DNA of 61,664 nucleotides, filler included. It is 9 parts of 9 records of this genome, joined end to end, with 100 filler letters (N's around TTAATTAATTAA, not from the genome) between each part and the next. Parts side by side here need not be neighbours in the genome. Positions count along the whole stretch, not along the records: positions 28,804 to 36,815 come from SRR31147125_279929; positions 36,916 to 41,981 come from SRR31147125_280149; positions 42,082 to 49,564 come from SRR31147125_280812; 6 more parts are not named here. One strand, given 5' to 3'. The position numbers were made by a program, and so were the translations under genes. Shown here piece after piece: positions 34,113-44,593 of this stretch; within the stretch, counting starts at the first letter, position 1, and each line of letters starts with the position of its first letter. The notes under the pieces were generated by a model. That model made no database searches. It saw only the letters and a list, made by a program, of their open reading frames with translations, and had not been told where the DNA came from.

Positions 34113-34238
34113 GACAGATCTGAGAAGATCTGAGGAGAATGAGATCGTTCTTTGATGATGAGGGAAGAGCTACGATAGCAAGGGGGGAGGGAGGGAGGAA
34201 GAGATCCGACACACAGGGGACGTATAGGCAAAGATCGT

Positions 34239-35035
34239 TCATATAACTCCGAGGAAATCCTCCTTAATGGTCCCGATTGCTACCTAACTCATCCAGGAGA
34301 TGAGTCTAGCCAACCCCTCTGCGTACGTACAATCTCCGTCGTCTCAATCCGCATGCCATTGATCCGCAGTCGTACATGGGATTCTTTCTGCACGCGGACC
34401 ATCTGATCCGCCGAGACATAACAGGGAGGATTGCCGTGTGCATCGAATTCCATATCGGCCGGAATCAGCTGATGTTCTCATGGGTTCGTGGAAGGGTTTA
34501 AGGCCTGCCAACACCGCAACGTACGTGATTGGAAACAAACACCTGCAGAGGACCAGCCTCCGCAAAGAAACCCATCTTGATCTTCACATCAGGTGCTCTG
34601 TACTATCCAGAGACGTGCCTACCTTGTTCACTTGTGTCACAACAGCCACCAGAACCTCTCCGATGAACGGTCGAAACACAATGGCCTTGAAGGAAACAGG
34701 AATCGTGACAAACCCTACACCCTCCTGAATCACCCCCTCGCCAATGGATTCTACGTCTGTTACAATTACCAGAAACCTTATAGGAAGATTGGACAAAGTG
34801 TTGGTACGACCCTCACACCATCTCATCCACCGAGACACTCCCATGCCTCACCCGTAGCGACCCATACATGTCCCCTCGTACGTCTTCATAAGTTGTCGGA
34901 TGATGTGTGCATGAAGTTTCGGTCCAAAGGCTTTGGGATGAACTTGCAGACGCTTCTCCAGTGCAACCTACACGAGGAAACCCCTTCCATCACATCCTCT
35001 CGTCTCTCTACTCTGTCCCCCACCTCAAAGAACAT
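34239..35035 (-). CDS. RPB7: RNA polymerase II subunit RPB7 (6 exons, 5 GT-AG introns)
   Basis: Spliced: [78 protein letters not shown]..|[14 protein letters not shown]. Confidence 0.92.
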
Positions 35036-35406
35036 CGTCCCACGTGGGAAGCGGGAGGAGGGAATGAGACACTCCCCCCCCCTCGTTTGGTTCTGGGGTG
35101 TGGCGATGGAGGACGTTCGTCCCCCGACGTCCGAGGCAGAGGAGGAGGGAGAAACGTGGATGGGAGTGATGCCGGAGTGTTTTGATGGAGAGGACGTGCC
35201 GAGCGTTCGGTCTCAGGTGTGTGTGGGTGTGTGTGGGGTGTGTGGGGGGGTGGTCTTCTGCCTACACGCGCCTAGGAAACGGAGAGTACTCCGACTGTAA
35301 AGATCCCAGAGGAACCCCTCACCGTACGTTGGTTGACGGGTTGATGCGGTCGATTGGGTTGACGGGGTCGCTGATTCTTCGTTGCTTCTGGTAGCCACCT
35401 GAGTCC

Positions 35407-36815
35407 ATGACACCCCAACGACACACATCCTCTCCGATTCCCAACCCTTATGCACTCGACCACGACTACCACGTCACTCTTCACGTCTTGGAAGAGGAAT
35501 TGGCCGCTCTTGACGATCAACTTACAACGCTTCGTGCCATGGTCACAAGTGCTCAGGAGAAGACCGTGGAGGCACATCGCCAACACGAGCAGCGCACGAA
35601 AGAGGTGAAGGAGGAAGAGGAAGCGTTGCAAGTCGCTGTGCAACAGGCAGAAGCGTCGTTGGCAAGCAAGCAAACGGCGATCGAAGAGGCGCGGTGTCGT
35701 GTGACGGAGGCCGAGAAAGTGATGCAGTCGTCTGTGGAGAAAGTCGAGAAGGCACAACGAGAACGAGAGAAGGCAGAAAACCGTGTGTCGCCCCTGATCA
35801 AGGCGTTAGAGCAGGCTAACCAAGCCAAGGAGGTACGTGTTTCACCCTCTCGTTCTTTTCTCATACACAAGAATTCAAGGTTACGCGAACGCTACATGTC
35901 CAGCTGGGGCTCATGGAAGAAGATTTGGAACGAACAACCCTGGCACTTCGTGATGTAGAAGTTCAACTCACAGGATCTCAGAAAGCACGAGACGAGGAGT
36001 TGAAGAGTGAGGTGATGGCATTGGCCGAGGTCGAGAGACACCGCATGAAGATGCGCGCATTTCTCCGTGAGAACGTACGTGTGGCGCACGAGCTCATGAA
36101 AGAATGAATCATTCATTTCATGGTTGGACAGAGGGAAAGCGAACTTCTAAAGCTTGTGGATACTCTTCTGCCCGCCCCCTTTGATGTACACAGTGTAGCC
36201 GAGACGGCCCATCACATTGAACAGATGCACACGCGCATTGGGGCTAAGGGCAAGGAGCTGGTGGAATCTTACGATCGTTTATTTGCATTGAAGCGACAGA
36301 GACGCGCCCTGTTGAGTTTGTCGGAACAGATGAATGCACATTGTGTCTTCATGGAGGACAACAAGAAATCCCTGCAAGAGGACGTAGCGGATCTGAAATG
36401 TCAACTAACGGCGGCCAACGCGGACAAGACCAGTGTGGAGGGAGATCTTTCTCGTGTGCAAGAGGAGAATGCGACAAGTCAGCGTGTACTGGAGACCAAG
36501 GTGGATGAAGGGGTTCTCGAATCTTGACTGACTGATCTGTGTGGGGTGGTAGTGCCTGGAATTAGATTGTCTACGGCATCGTGTGAAAGATACGGAGCAG
36601 TTCTTGGAATCCCTGAGGGAACCCTTGTTACTGAGTTTGAATGTCTCTGGAAATTTGTATTGTGGCCATTCCGTTCGTGTGGTTGCTCGGTATCTCAACT
36701 GCGACGAGAGCACATGTCGATTTCGATGGCTTCGATCGGATAATGGAGAGAACTTTGTGCGGATAGCGGGTACGCCGCGCGGCATGAGAGTGAGCAGCAC
36801 CCCCACCCCCACCCC
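35407..36815 (+). CDS. Eukaryotic multi-exon coiled-coil protein followed by a possible Ig-like module (3' truncated)
   Basis: E/K/Q/A-rich heptad ORFs 35407.., 35913.., 36120.. joinable across GT-AG introns; then VSGNLYCGHSV..CRFRWLRS. Confidence 0.65.
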
Positions 36816-36915
36816 NNNNNNNNNNNNNNNNNNNNNNNNNNNNNNNNNNNNNNNNNNNNTTAATTAATTAANNNNNNNNNNNNNNNNNNNNNNNNNNNNN
36901 NNNNNNNNNNNNNNN
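36816..36915. other. Artificial contig linker
   Basis: N44-TTAATTAATTAA-N44. Confidence 0.99.
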
Positions 36916-37367
36916 CCCCGGAGCGCCGATGTAGCCGGCCCGGTAGGTGTTCCTGTCGAAACCCTCCAGGAAGGTGGTTTCCAGGAACCATTTGTCGAAA
37001 ATCCAGAGGGTGAGGGTGACATCCGGTTCCTGGTAAAAGCTTGTGCCGCTGCTGAGTCCCCTGAAGCTTGTGCCGCTGCCGACTTTCCCGAAGCTGCCGC
37101 CGGCCTGGAAGGTCATCCGCCAGTATCCCTCCCAGCGGAGGTCGACATCACTGTCTCCAAGGTTGAGATCCAGCAGGTAGGGGGAGGATTCCACCGGGTT
37201 GTTTTCGTCCGGGTCAGGGGGGCTTCGGAGGTGGATTCAGCGATTGTTTCGGCGTCCGCCGGGGCCCCGGCTTCCCCTTCCTGAGCGGAGAGGGACGCCG
37301 TGGAGGTCAGCAGAAACACCACCAGGGCGAGGGACAGGACTAAAAAAAGCCGTGCAACGCGAAGCAT
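36916..37367 (-). CDS. Exported hypothetical protein, N-terminal part (frameshift near 37200)
   Basis: Signal peptide in 37113..37367; continues in another frame (DSDVDLRWEGYW..FYQEPDVTLTLW..WFLE) to the contig end. Confidence 0.6.
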
Positions 37368-37430
37368 CCGATATTATCATGACACGTAAACAGAGTTTAC
37401 CAAACAAAAAGCGCAATAAAGCGAGATATT

Positions 37431-38356
37431 ATGAGCGTTGAACAGGATAAAGCGACAGCATTCGTCCGTCGGCTCTGGGACAATCCGTCACTGGCGGGAC
37501 TCTCCCTTTGCAGAAGGAAACGCAGCTGCAGCAGTTTCTGGAGGTGAACGCCTCAACCCTGCAGCCTACACTCACCTCACCGGCCTTTTTCGGAGACACT
37601 CCCTGGCCCGGTATATTCAAAATGCTTCTCTCGGCCCTTTCGCAGATCGCCAATGCCGCGCTGGCTCCCCTCTATGAAGCCATCATGGACAAAAGGATGG
37701 ATTTCTCCTTCGTTCAGCACATGGCTCATCGAAGTGCGTCCCCGGCGGCAGTGAAGGGCCAGCTCGGGGATTTTCTGAAAACCCTCTCCACTAGAGCCGA
37801 ATCCCGCCGGGAGCTGACCGGGCCGCTCATGGGCGTCGGTACCAGAATGATCGACCGCTACCTGGAGAAGGTGTTCCAGCGCCAGAAATACATCAGTTTT
37901 GAACTCCGCAAGGTGCAGCGTCTGAAAATCAGCCCCAATGAAGTGGCCGATCTTGTGAAAACCACCATGCTCATCAGGCCTGCGGTTCACTACTTCCAGG
38001 AATCCGGGAGCAGCGCCAACGGCGGAAGCACTCTCCTTGTATCTTCGGCCTATGCCGGCCAGGTGGCCGCCGAGACATCCCGGGTACTGAATCTGATGCC
38101 CGAGGCGGTGGTGAAAGCTGGGGTGAACAGCGCTCTGTCCTTCCAGGACAACCAGTATATGGAAAGCACAGCCCGCCTGGCGGCGGTTTTCGCTCATCGC
38201 TGCCGGAACCTGAAGCCGGGAATGAAAGTGGACCGCGGTGCCGAATCTTCGGACAAGAGCTGGTTCAGTGTCGCCCGTAAAAATTACAAGTTCTACGGCT
38301 TCGACCTGGATCTCCTGGTGGAACTCCACGGAATCGCAGCGGAAAACGGATGGTGA
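37431..38356 (+). CDS. Hypothetical protein (frameshift near 37505)
   Basis: ATG 37431 MSVEQDKATAFVRRLWDNPSLAGLS joins ORF 37508..38356; ends ELHGIAAENGW; 3 nt from the next gene. Confidence 0.65.
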
Positions 38357-38359
38357 AGA

Positions 38360-39472
38360 ATGAAACGTAAAGCCGGATCCATACTGGAATCAATTGTCAC
38401 TGTCGCCATCATCCTGGTGCTTCTCCAGACGTTGGCGGAAGATATCTTCACCGTGTTCGGCGCACCCTGGAATCTCAGGCGCCTGTTCATCTTCACCGCC
38501 GTGGCCTTCGACCTGTTGTTCACCGTGGAGTTTCTGGTACGTAGCTGGAATGCCATCCTCAACCGGACCTTCGTCCGCTATTTTTTTCGGGAAAACGGAT
38601 GGGTCGATTTTATCGCTTCAGTGCCTCTGCTGATTTTCACTTCCGGGCCCACCTTCCTGGCTCTGATGCAGGGATCCGCATTCGCCGGCACAGGCGCCAT
38701 GATCGGCCTGCTCAAGGTGGTCAAAGCGGTTCGGATGGCTCGGGTGCTGAGACTGCTGAGGCTTTTGAAGATTTTCCGGCGGATCCGTTTTGCCGACTCG
38801 GTGATGGTGCAGCGTCATACCGTCAGGATTGTCACCACCGTCGCCGCCACCCTGATTTTCACCATTACCGCTGTCGGCATGGTCTTCGCCCTGATCGACG
38901 ACGTCGGTGCCGAAGAGGTCTGGATCGCCGATCAGCGGGCCGCCGTGGAAACACTGACCGCCGGACCGTCGCCGTCAGCCGCGGCCATGGCCGAGTGGGG
39001 AGAATCCCGTCCATCGGTCATACTCATCCAGTCCGGTAATCGGACGCTGTTCTCCGCCCATGACGAGACCTACCTGACCCGGCATTTCGGTCCCGGGGAC
39101 TACTCGGTCACTGAGATCGGTGGGTTCAGTATCTGGCTCGACCTTCGTCCGGCGGCCGTGACCCTGGCCCGAACCAATATCATGGTGTTCATCGCCACCC
39201 TCGTGGTGGTCATTATGATCATGGTCACCTACAGCCCCCACTTCGCCATTACTGTCAGTGATCCGGTTAATGTGATGCTCCGTGGACTGAAGGAAAAGAG
39301 CTACAACCTGGAAGTTTCGGTACCCAGCGGTCTGGAGGACGACGATGTCTTCAGGCTGGCGGAAGCCTATAACGACGAATACCTCCCGCTGAAGGAACGA
39401 AGCAACATCAAAGATCAGGGCAGCGCCCTGGACATCAGCCTGGATGACATCAGCGACCTGCTGGGAAGTTGA
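38360..39472 (+). CDS. Ion_trans/voltage-sensor-like membrane protein with a C-terminal HAMP-like segment
   Basis: FDLLFTVEFLVR (S2), GWVDFIASVP (S3), KVVKAVRMARVLRLLRLLKIFR (S4); two more TMs; DPVNVM..DDVFRLAEAYN. Confidence 0.75.
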   Translation: MKRKAGSILESIVTVAIILVLLQTLAEDIFTVFGAPWNLRRLFIFTAVAFDLLFTVEFLVRSWNAILNRTFVRYFFRENGWVDFIASVPLLIFTSGPTFLALMQGSAFAGTGAMIGLLKVVKAVRMARVLRLLRLLKIFRRIRFADSVMVQRHTVRIVTTVAATLIFTITAVGMVFALIDDVGAEEVWIADQRAAVETLTAGPSPSAAAMAEWGESRPSVILIQSGNRTLFSAHDETYLTRHFGPGDYSVTEIGGFSIWLDLRPAAVTLARTNIMVFIATLVVVIMIMVTYSPHFAITVSDPVNVMLRGLKEKSYNLEVSVPSGLEDDDVFRLAEAYNDEYLPLKERSNIKDQGSALDISLDDISDLLGS

Positions 39473-39477
39473 CCGGT

Positions 39478-39993
39478 ATGATTCGTTTCCCCACCGGTCG
39501 TCCGATCCTCCTGGCTGTCGTCCTCTCGGTGGTTTCCTCAATGGCGGCGGCATCGCTGTCGCCCGACCAGGAACTATGGAATTCCTTCCTGAACCGCCCT
39601 GTTCAGGCGCCGGTGGTTCCCGAGGACGAGGAACTGGGGCTCCTTGCCGACCTTCGTAACCCCGACGCCGACTGGGGATCTTCCATCGGTACATGCGAGT
39701 CGGTCTTCACCGTCCTCGCCGGGGGAGGAATCCCTGAAGCGTATTTCTCGCCGGATCTCGCGGTACCGCTCGGACTGGCCTTTGAGGCGGTGATGGAAGG
39801 GGAGGGAGTGTTCCGCGCCTCACGGCGCTACGGACGCCCCGAACGGACAGGCGACCGGCTGGCGGTTCCCATTCGACTGGCGGGTGAGGATACCCTGGAA
39901 TACGGTCATATCTATCTGGTTCGCCGGGATGGGGCCTGGCTGGTGGAACAGTGGGCCGTGCACATCGCGCCCTTTGTAGAGCGGGCTGAATAA
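39478..39993 (+). CDS. Exported hypothetical protein
   Basis: Signal-peptide-like N-terminus; co-oriented and adjacent to the upstream gene. Confidence 0.6.
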   Translation: MIRFPTGRPILLAVVLSVVSSMAAASLSPDQELWNSFLNRPVQAPVVPEDEELGLLADLRNPDADWGSSIGTCESVFTVLAGGGIPEAYFSPDLAVPLGLAFEAVMEGEGVFRASRRYGRPERTGDRLAVPIRLAGEDTLEYGHIYLVRRDGAWLVEQWAVHIAPFVERAE

Positions 39994-40038
39994 AAAAACC
40001 GACTCGCAGCGGAGCCGGCTTGAAGAAGGTCAGTCTGT

Positions 40039-40587
40039 TCAGTCGGAGATTTCGATGACGGGCCGTTTCTTGGGGAACTTCTTGCCCACTGCCACCTTGT
40101 TGCCGTCGGAGGAGAAAACCACTCCTTCGTTCCAGTATTCAACGGCGGCGAACATGGCGTTCCCGCCGTCATTGTCGTCGCTCTTCTCGGTTCGCCAGGA
40201 TACGTAGTCGGCGAGTTTTATGTAGTCTTCCTTCTGCAGGCAATCCTGGCGTACGACGTTGAACTCATTCCACTCGTCGATGTTCTGGAAGCCTTCGCCT
40301 TCGTCTTCCACAATCAGCCGGGCCTCTTCGGTGGAGAACGTCCACCAGATCTTGATTTTCTTGCTGATATCGGATTTGTTACCGTGTTTAACGGCGTTTT
40401 TCACGATTTCGCTCACCTGCTGTTCCAGGAGGTTGATCTCCTTGATCTCCGGTGGAGCTTTCTGGACGATCTGCAGGGTAAAGAAACGGATCTGCCTGAA
40501 ATCGCTGGGGAACTCCTTGGAGTACATGTCCTTGCTGTCGAACAGCTTGTGTTTGTCGTCCTGGAGGATCTTCTTGATTACGCTCAT
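40039..40587 (-). CDS. RsbW-like anti-sigma factor / HATPase_c_2 kinase
   Basis: SEIVKNAVKHGN (N box), VEDEGEGF (G1 box). Confidence 0.85.
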   Translation of the reverse strand: MSVIKKILQDDKHKLFDSKDMYSKEFPSDFRQIRFFTLQIVQKAPPEIKEINLLEQQVSEIVKNAVKHGNKSDISKKIKIWWTFSTEEARLIVEDEGEGFQNIDEWNEFNVVRQDCLQKEDYIKLADYVSWRTEKSDDNDGGNAMFAAVEYWNEGVVFSSDGNKVAVGKKFPKKRPVIEISD

Positions 40588-40589
40588 GG

Positions 40590-40927
40590 TCAGTCCGTCA
40601 GTTCCTTCACCGCTTCAACCACATTCCCGGAAATCGGGAAGTAGCCCATCAGTTTTGTCAGCTCTATCACTTTCTTCACAGATCCGCGTACGTTCGCGAT
40701 CAGCAGTTTCAGGCTGAGTTTCTTGATTGTGGAACAGATGTAGATGAGTGCACCTATCCCGCTGGAGTCAATGTATTCGACGTTCTCCATGTTGATGATG
40801 AACTTCTGGATTTTTTTCTCCAGCATCTTCATCACCAGCTCCTTGAGCTTGTAGGAGTTGTAGAGATCCATCTCACCGTTGACGTCGATTATGTAAATAT
40901 CGCCGCTTTTTCGGATTTTAGTTCCAA
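40590..40927 (-). CDS. STAS anti-sigma-factor antagonist (frameshift near the 5' end)
   Basis: VEYIDSSGIGAL phospho-Ser motif; TTG at 40927 after GAGGAG gives MELKIRKSGDIYIIDVNGEMDL if one A is restored. Confidence 0.88.
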
Positions 40928-41022
40928 TTCCGTCTCCTCATTACTTCGTAATTCCAGTCTGGAATATGAATTGTCGGCTCATGAAGCTTGCGGGAAAATG
41001 ATATCACCCGCCAATTTCATCG

Positions 41023-41349
41023 TCAAGAACGGTCGTATTGTGCGACCAGCTTTCCGAAAACCCTGCTGTCCTCGTCAGAAGCGAATCCTTCGATGTGAAA
41101 ACCGTATACGAAATACGGTCCGTCCTTCTTCTCCCAGCGAAGCTGGCCGTCAACAGTGATTCGGTCCAGGCCGCTGGTTTCGTCCGGGATCACCTGGAAG
41201 GTGAGTGTCTCTCCCACCTTGTTCGGAAGGGCGCTCACCGTCACGATTTTGCACCCTTCATCGGTCAGGTTTCTCAGGTAGCCCGGCCTGGAATCAAGGA
41301 TTACCTTGGCGTAACCCTGGTTTCTCGGTTCCATTCGATGTTCAGACAT
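41023..41349 (-). CDS. PilZ-domain protein
   Basis: RMEPR (RxxxR), NLTDEG ((D/N)xSxxG-like), LRW..YGFHI. Confidence 0.75.
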   Translation of the reverse strand: MSEHRMEPRNQGYAKVILDSRPGYLRNLTDEGCKIVTVSALPNKVGETLTFQVIPDETSGLDRITVDGQLRWEKKDGPYFVYGFHIEGFASDEDSRVFGKLVAQYDRS

Positions 41350-41866
41350 CGCTCAACCTTATTCCCATGTCGATTTTCGTTCCTACAACCCCTCCCGGGT
41401 TGTAGGGAACATCCGATCCGCTGTCATCGTAGAAGCTGATCCTGAATACCGGAAAGAGCCGCCGTGCGACAATCAGGCCCATTCCGAAACGCCTGTACTG
41501 GTTCTTCTCCCGGTAACTCTGGAAACTTCCGCTGTTTGTGTCGATGTTGTCAACCGATTCATCGATGTTGTACGGAAGTTTCTCCAGGTCGAAACCACCG
41601 CCTTTGTCCATGATGGAAATCTCCAGATCCCTGTCGTCAATCTCGAGTACCGTTTTGATTGTGTCGTTGACGCCCTTCTCACGATGGGCCCTCAGGGAGT
41701 TATTGATCAGTTCCAGCATCGCATAGCGGGTATGTTCATCGTCGTGAGGACTTTCGGGTATAGTCAGCCCGTTCACCTTTTTGAGGATCTCGTGAAAGGG
41801 GGCATCACCACTGATATTCATGATGATGCGTTTGTACTTTCGGCCCTGAAATACTATATGACGCAT
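41342..41866 (-). CDS. Second RsbW-like ATP-binding protein
   Basis: ELINNSLRA, IMDKGGGFD, RFGMGL. Confidence 0.8.
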   Translation of the reverse strand: MRHIVFQGRKYKRIIMNISGDAPFHEILKKVNGLTIPESPHDDEHTRYAMLELINNSLRAHREKGVNDTIKTVLEIDDRDLEISIMDKGGGFDLEKLPYNIDESVDNIDTNSGSFQSYREKNQYRRFGMGLIVARRLFPVFRISFYDDSGSDVPYNPGGVVGTKIDMGIRLSDV

Positions 41867-41981
41867 GGGTGCTTCCGGGTTAGAATGACTCAGGATTTAC
41901 TTATGCACTCTTATTCAATTTATACCGGGATATCCCATGTAAATCAATTAACAAAACTCCGTCCGTCCCTGATTACGAAAA

Positions 41982-42081
41982 NNNNNNNNNNNNNNNNNNN
42001 NNNNNNNNNNNNNNNNNNNNNNNNNTTAATTAATTAANNNNNNNNNNNNNNNNNNNNNNNNNNNNNNNNNNNNNNNNNNNN
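41982..42081. other. Artificial contig linker
   Basis: N44-TTAATTAATTAA-N44. Confidence 0.99.
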
Positions 42082-42394
42082 AAAGGTTACCCCCACACAC
42101 AACCACACATAACCAAAAACCACCAATTTATACTTGACAAAAGTAACATTGTACCATTTATATGTACATATGTCCCTTGTGCCCGGGACCGACCGCGGCC
42201 GGAGGGCAAGGTTGACCCCATCAGCCAGTCAACCTTGTGCCTTCGGCCACCCCGCACAATGGAAAACCAATAATCGCTGAAAGGAGGTGGATGCAACCAC
42301 AACAAGAGAAACGCGGCATCGGAGATCGACCACGATCTCCTGACTGCACGACACTCCCATTTACCCCCAGCAACGTCGACAGGAGGGAAACACT

Positions 42395-44193
42395 ATGGGT
42401 GCCACAACCTGGGTCTATATTTTTCTGGGGCTCTATATCGTCTATTGCTTCTATTGGGGCCTCAAAGGCTATTTTATCGAAAAAACATCTTCCGGATATG
42501 CCATTGCCGGGCGCTCCATTCCATTCTTCGCATTTCTCCTGGCCGCCACGGCGGCCTCTTTCTCCGGCTGGACCTTCATCGGCCACCCCCACGCCATCTT
42601 CGCCAGTGGCCTGGCATATGCCTTTTGTTCGTTCTACGTTCTGACCATTCCCATCACCGGAACGTTCTTCAACAAACGCGTCTGGCTGTTGGGCAAACGC
42701 TATGGCTTCATTACACCCGGCGACATGTACGCCTACTACTTCAACAGCGAAGCGATCCGCTGGCTGGTGGTGCTGGCGGCTTTCTTTATGCTGCCATCTA
42801 CTCGGCCGTCCAACTGCGGACGGCTGCCGTACTCTTCAACGTCATCACCGGGGTCCCCATCTCCATCGGGGCGATCTTCATGGGGTTCATCGTCTGGTTC
42901 TATGTCTGCACCGGTGGATTGCGGGCCAGCACCTGGGTCGGGGTGATCCAGTTCATTCTGCTGGTCGGCGGCATTATCCTCCTGGGCATATTCGTACTGA
43001 AGTCTCCTCTGTTCGGCGGATGGAGCGGTTTTTCAACCAAATTAGGTGCCCTGGAGGAGACCTACTTGCGCGTCCCACGAGTAATCAACTTCGGCCTGGG
43101 AGGTGCCGAAGGCGAGAACTCATGGACTGCAGTCATGATATTGACCTACATGTTTGCGCTGATGGGCATCCAATCCTCCCCGGCCTTTACCATGTGGACC
43201 TTCGGCCTCAAGAGCCCCAAACCCCTTGCCTGGCAGCAGGCCTTCATGTCGACATTTGTCGTGGGTTTCGCCCTCTTCTTCTTCACCGCTTTCCAGGGCA
43301 TGGGCGCAAGACTATTGGAGGTCAGCGGTGTCCCAGCCTTTCAAAACTTGGGTTCGGACATGGTGGTACCGACACTGATGAAAGAGTTTTTGCCGCCGGT
43401 CATCTTAGGCATTGTATTTGTCGGCGCCATCGCCGCTATCCACTCGACGGCAGCGCCCTACATCGGCACCGGTGGTTCGATTCTGTTGCGTGATGTCTAT
43501 TTCAGGTACATCAGAAAAGGCAAAGCCGGCGACAGTGAACAAATCTGGGTCAACCGGCTGCTGGCCACCGCCCTCACTGCGGTAGCATTGACCATCGCCA
43601 TATCGGCCACCGGCCTTGTGGTCATTCTGGGGGCCCTGGCGACCGCCTTCGGCTTTGTGATGTACATTCTACTGGCCGGTGTCATCTGGGGGTTCAGGTT
43701 CCCCCGCGTGGGTGCGGTATTAGGCGTCATGGCGGGTCTGATCGCCGTATGGATATCAGACCAGGTATTCAGATGGCCGCTCTCCATGCACTCGGCCTTT
43801 TGGGGCGCCTTTGTGGGCTTTGTCGTCGCCTACCTCTGCAGAGGTGTCGGCATCAAGGACGATGAGGAGACCGCCAAAAGGCAAAGCGAGTTGAGGGAGT
43901 GGCTCGACAGTGTCGATGCGCCTACCGAATCCGGGATGGCCTGGCGGAAAGCGATGAAGATCGCGGTGCCCCTCTGGTATCTCTTTGCCATCGGTCCAGC
44001 CTGCATCCTTGGCAACAAGGCCTTTACGTTCGCCGGATTCCCCCATCTTTGGAGTTGGCAGATCGTCTGGTGGATTCTGGGCATCGTGATGATGTGGGCC
44101 CTCTGTTTCAAAGCGGAGATGGCCACGACGAACGATGAGCAGATCCAGCGCACCGAGAGAGAACAGATGATTGTTGTGAAAGATACCGAATAG
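42395..44193 (+). CDS. Sodium:solute symporter family protein (frameshift near 42785)
   Basis: YAIAGRSI, ATAASFSGWTFIGHP, GKRYGFITPGD, YVCTGGLRA, GAIAAIHST; AGGAGG RBS. Confidence 0.9.
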
Positions 44194-44258
44194 AAAAGGT
44201 CTTATGGAGAAACAGCAAAGCTTCCTGCGGCTTTGCTCAACCAATGGAGGTGCGCGCC

Positions 44259-44345
44259 ATGAAGAGAGAAGATATTTGGATGATAGCAATCGTCGCGTTC
44301 TGCATCCTCTGGGTATCCCTATTTGGCATCGGTGCCATGGGATAG
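44259..44345 (+). CDS. 28-aa single-TM peptide (not in the ORF track)
   Basis: GGAGGT RBS, then MKREDIWMIAIVAFCILWVSLFGIGAMG*; 65 nt after the SSS gene. Confidence 0.65.
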   Translation: MKREDIWMIAIVAFCILWVSLFGIGAMG

Positions 44346-44593
44346 AACGTCTGTTTCCCCCACCGTCGAAGACAAACCGGATCGGCTGCATCCCCAGGGG
44401 TGCAGCCGACCAAAATCCCAAGCCGCCAATCAAACGCTTCATTGAAGCAAGTCGCATGAAATAGGGTGTTTTTACCATGCGCTATGGCAATACGTCCAAA
44501 GGTGCCTATATTTCCACATTGCTGATGGGCACTGTGTCATAGCGAGGTAAATCTAAACTGCCAAAGTCCTTGGATAGATGGAGGAATCGCCAG

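Noticed and set aside
37037-37079. 16-nt direct repeat with a 27-nt period
   Set aside because: Two copies, in-frame (SGTSF twice); an intragenic duplication, not a CRISPR array.
42237-42644. AGGAGGT-preceded ORF overlapping the SSS start
   Set aside because: RBS-ATG spacing is too short, it overlaps the real gene out of frame, and it has no recognisable features.
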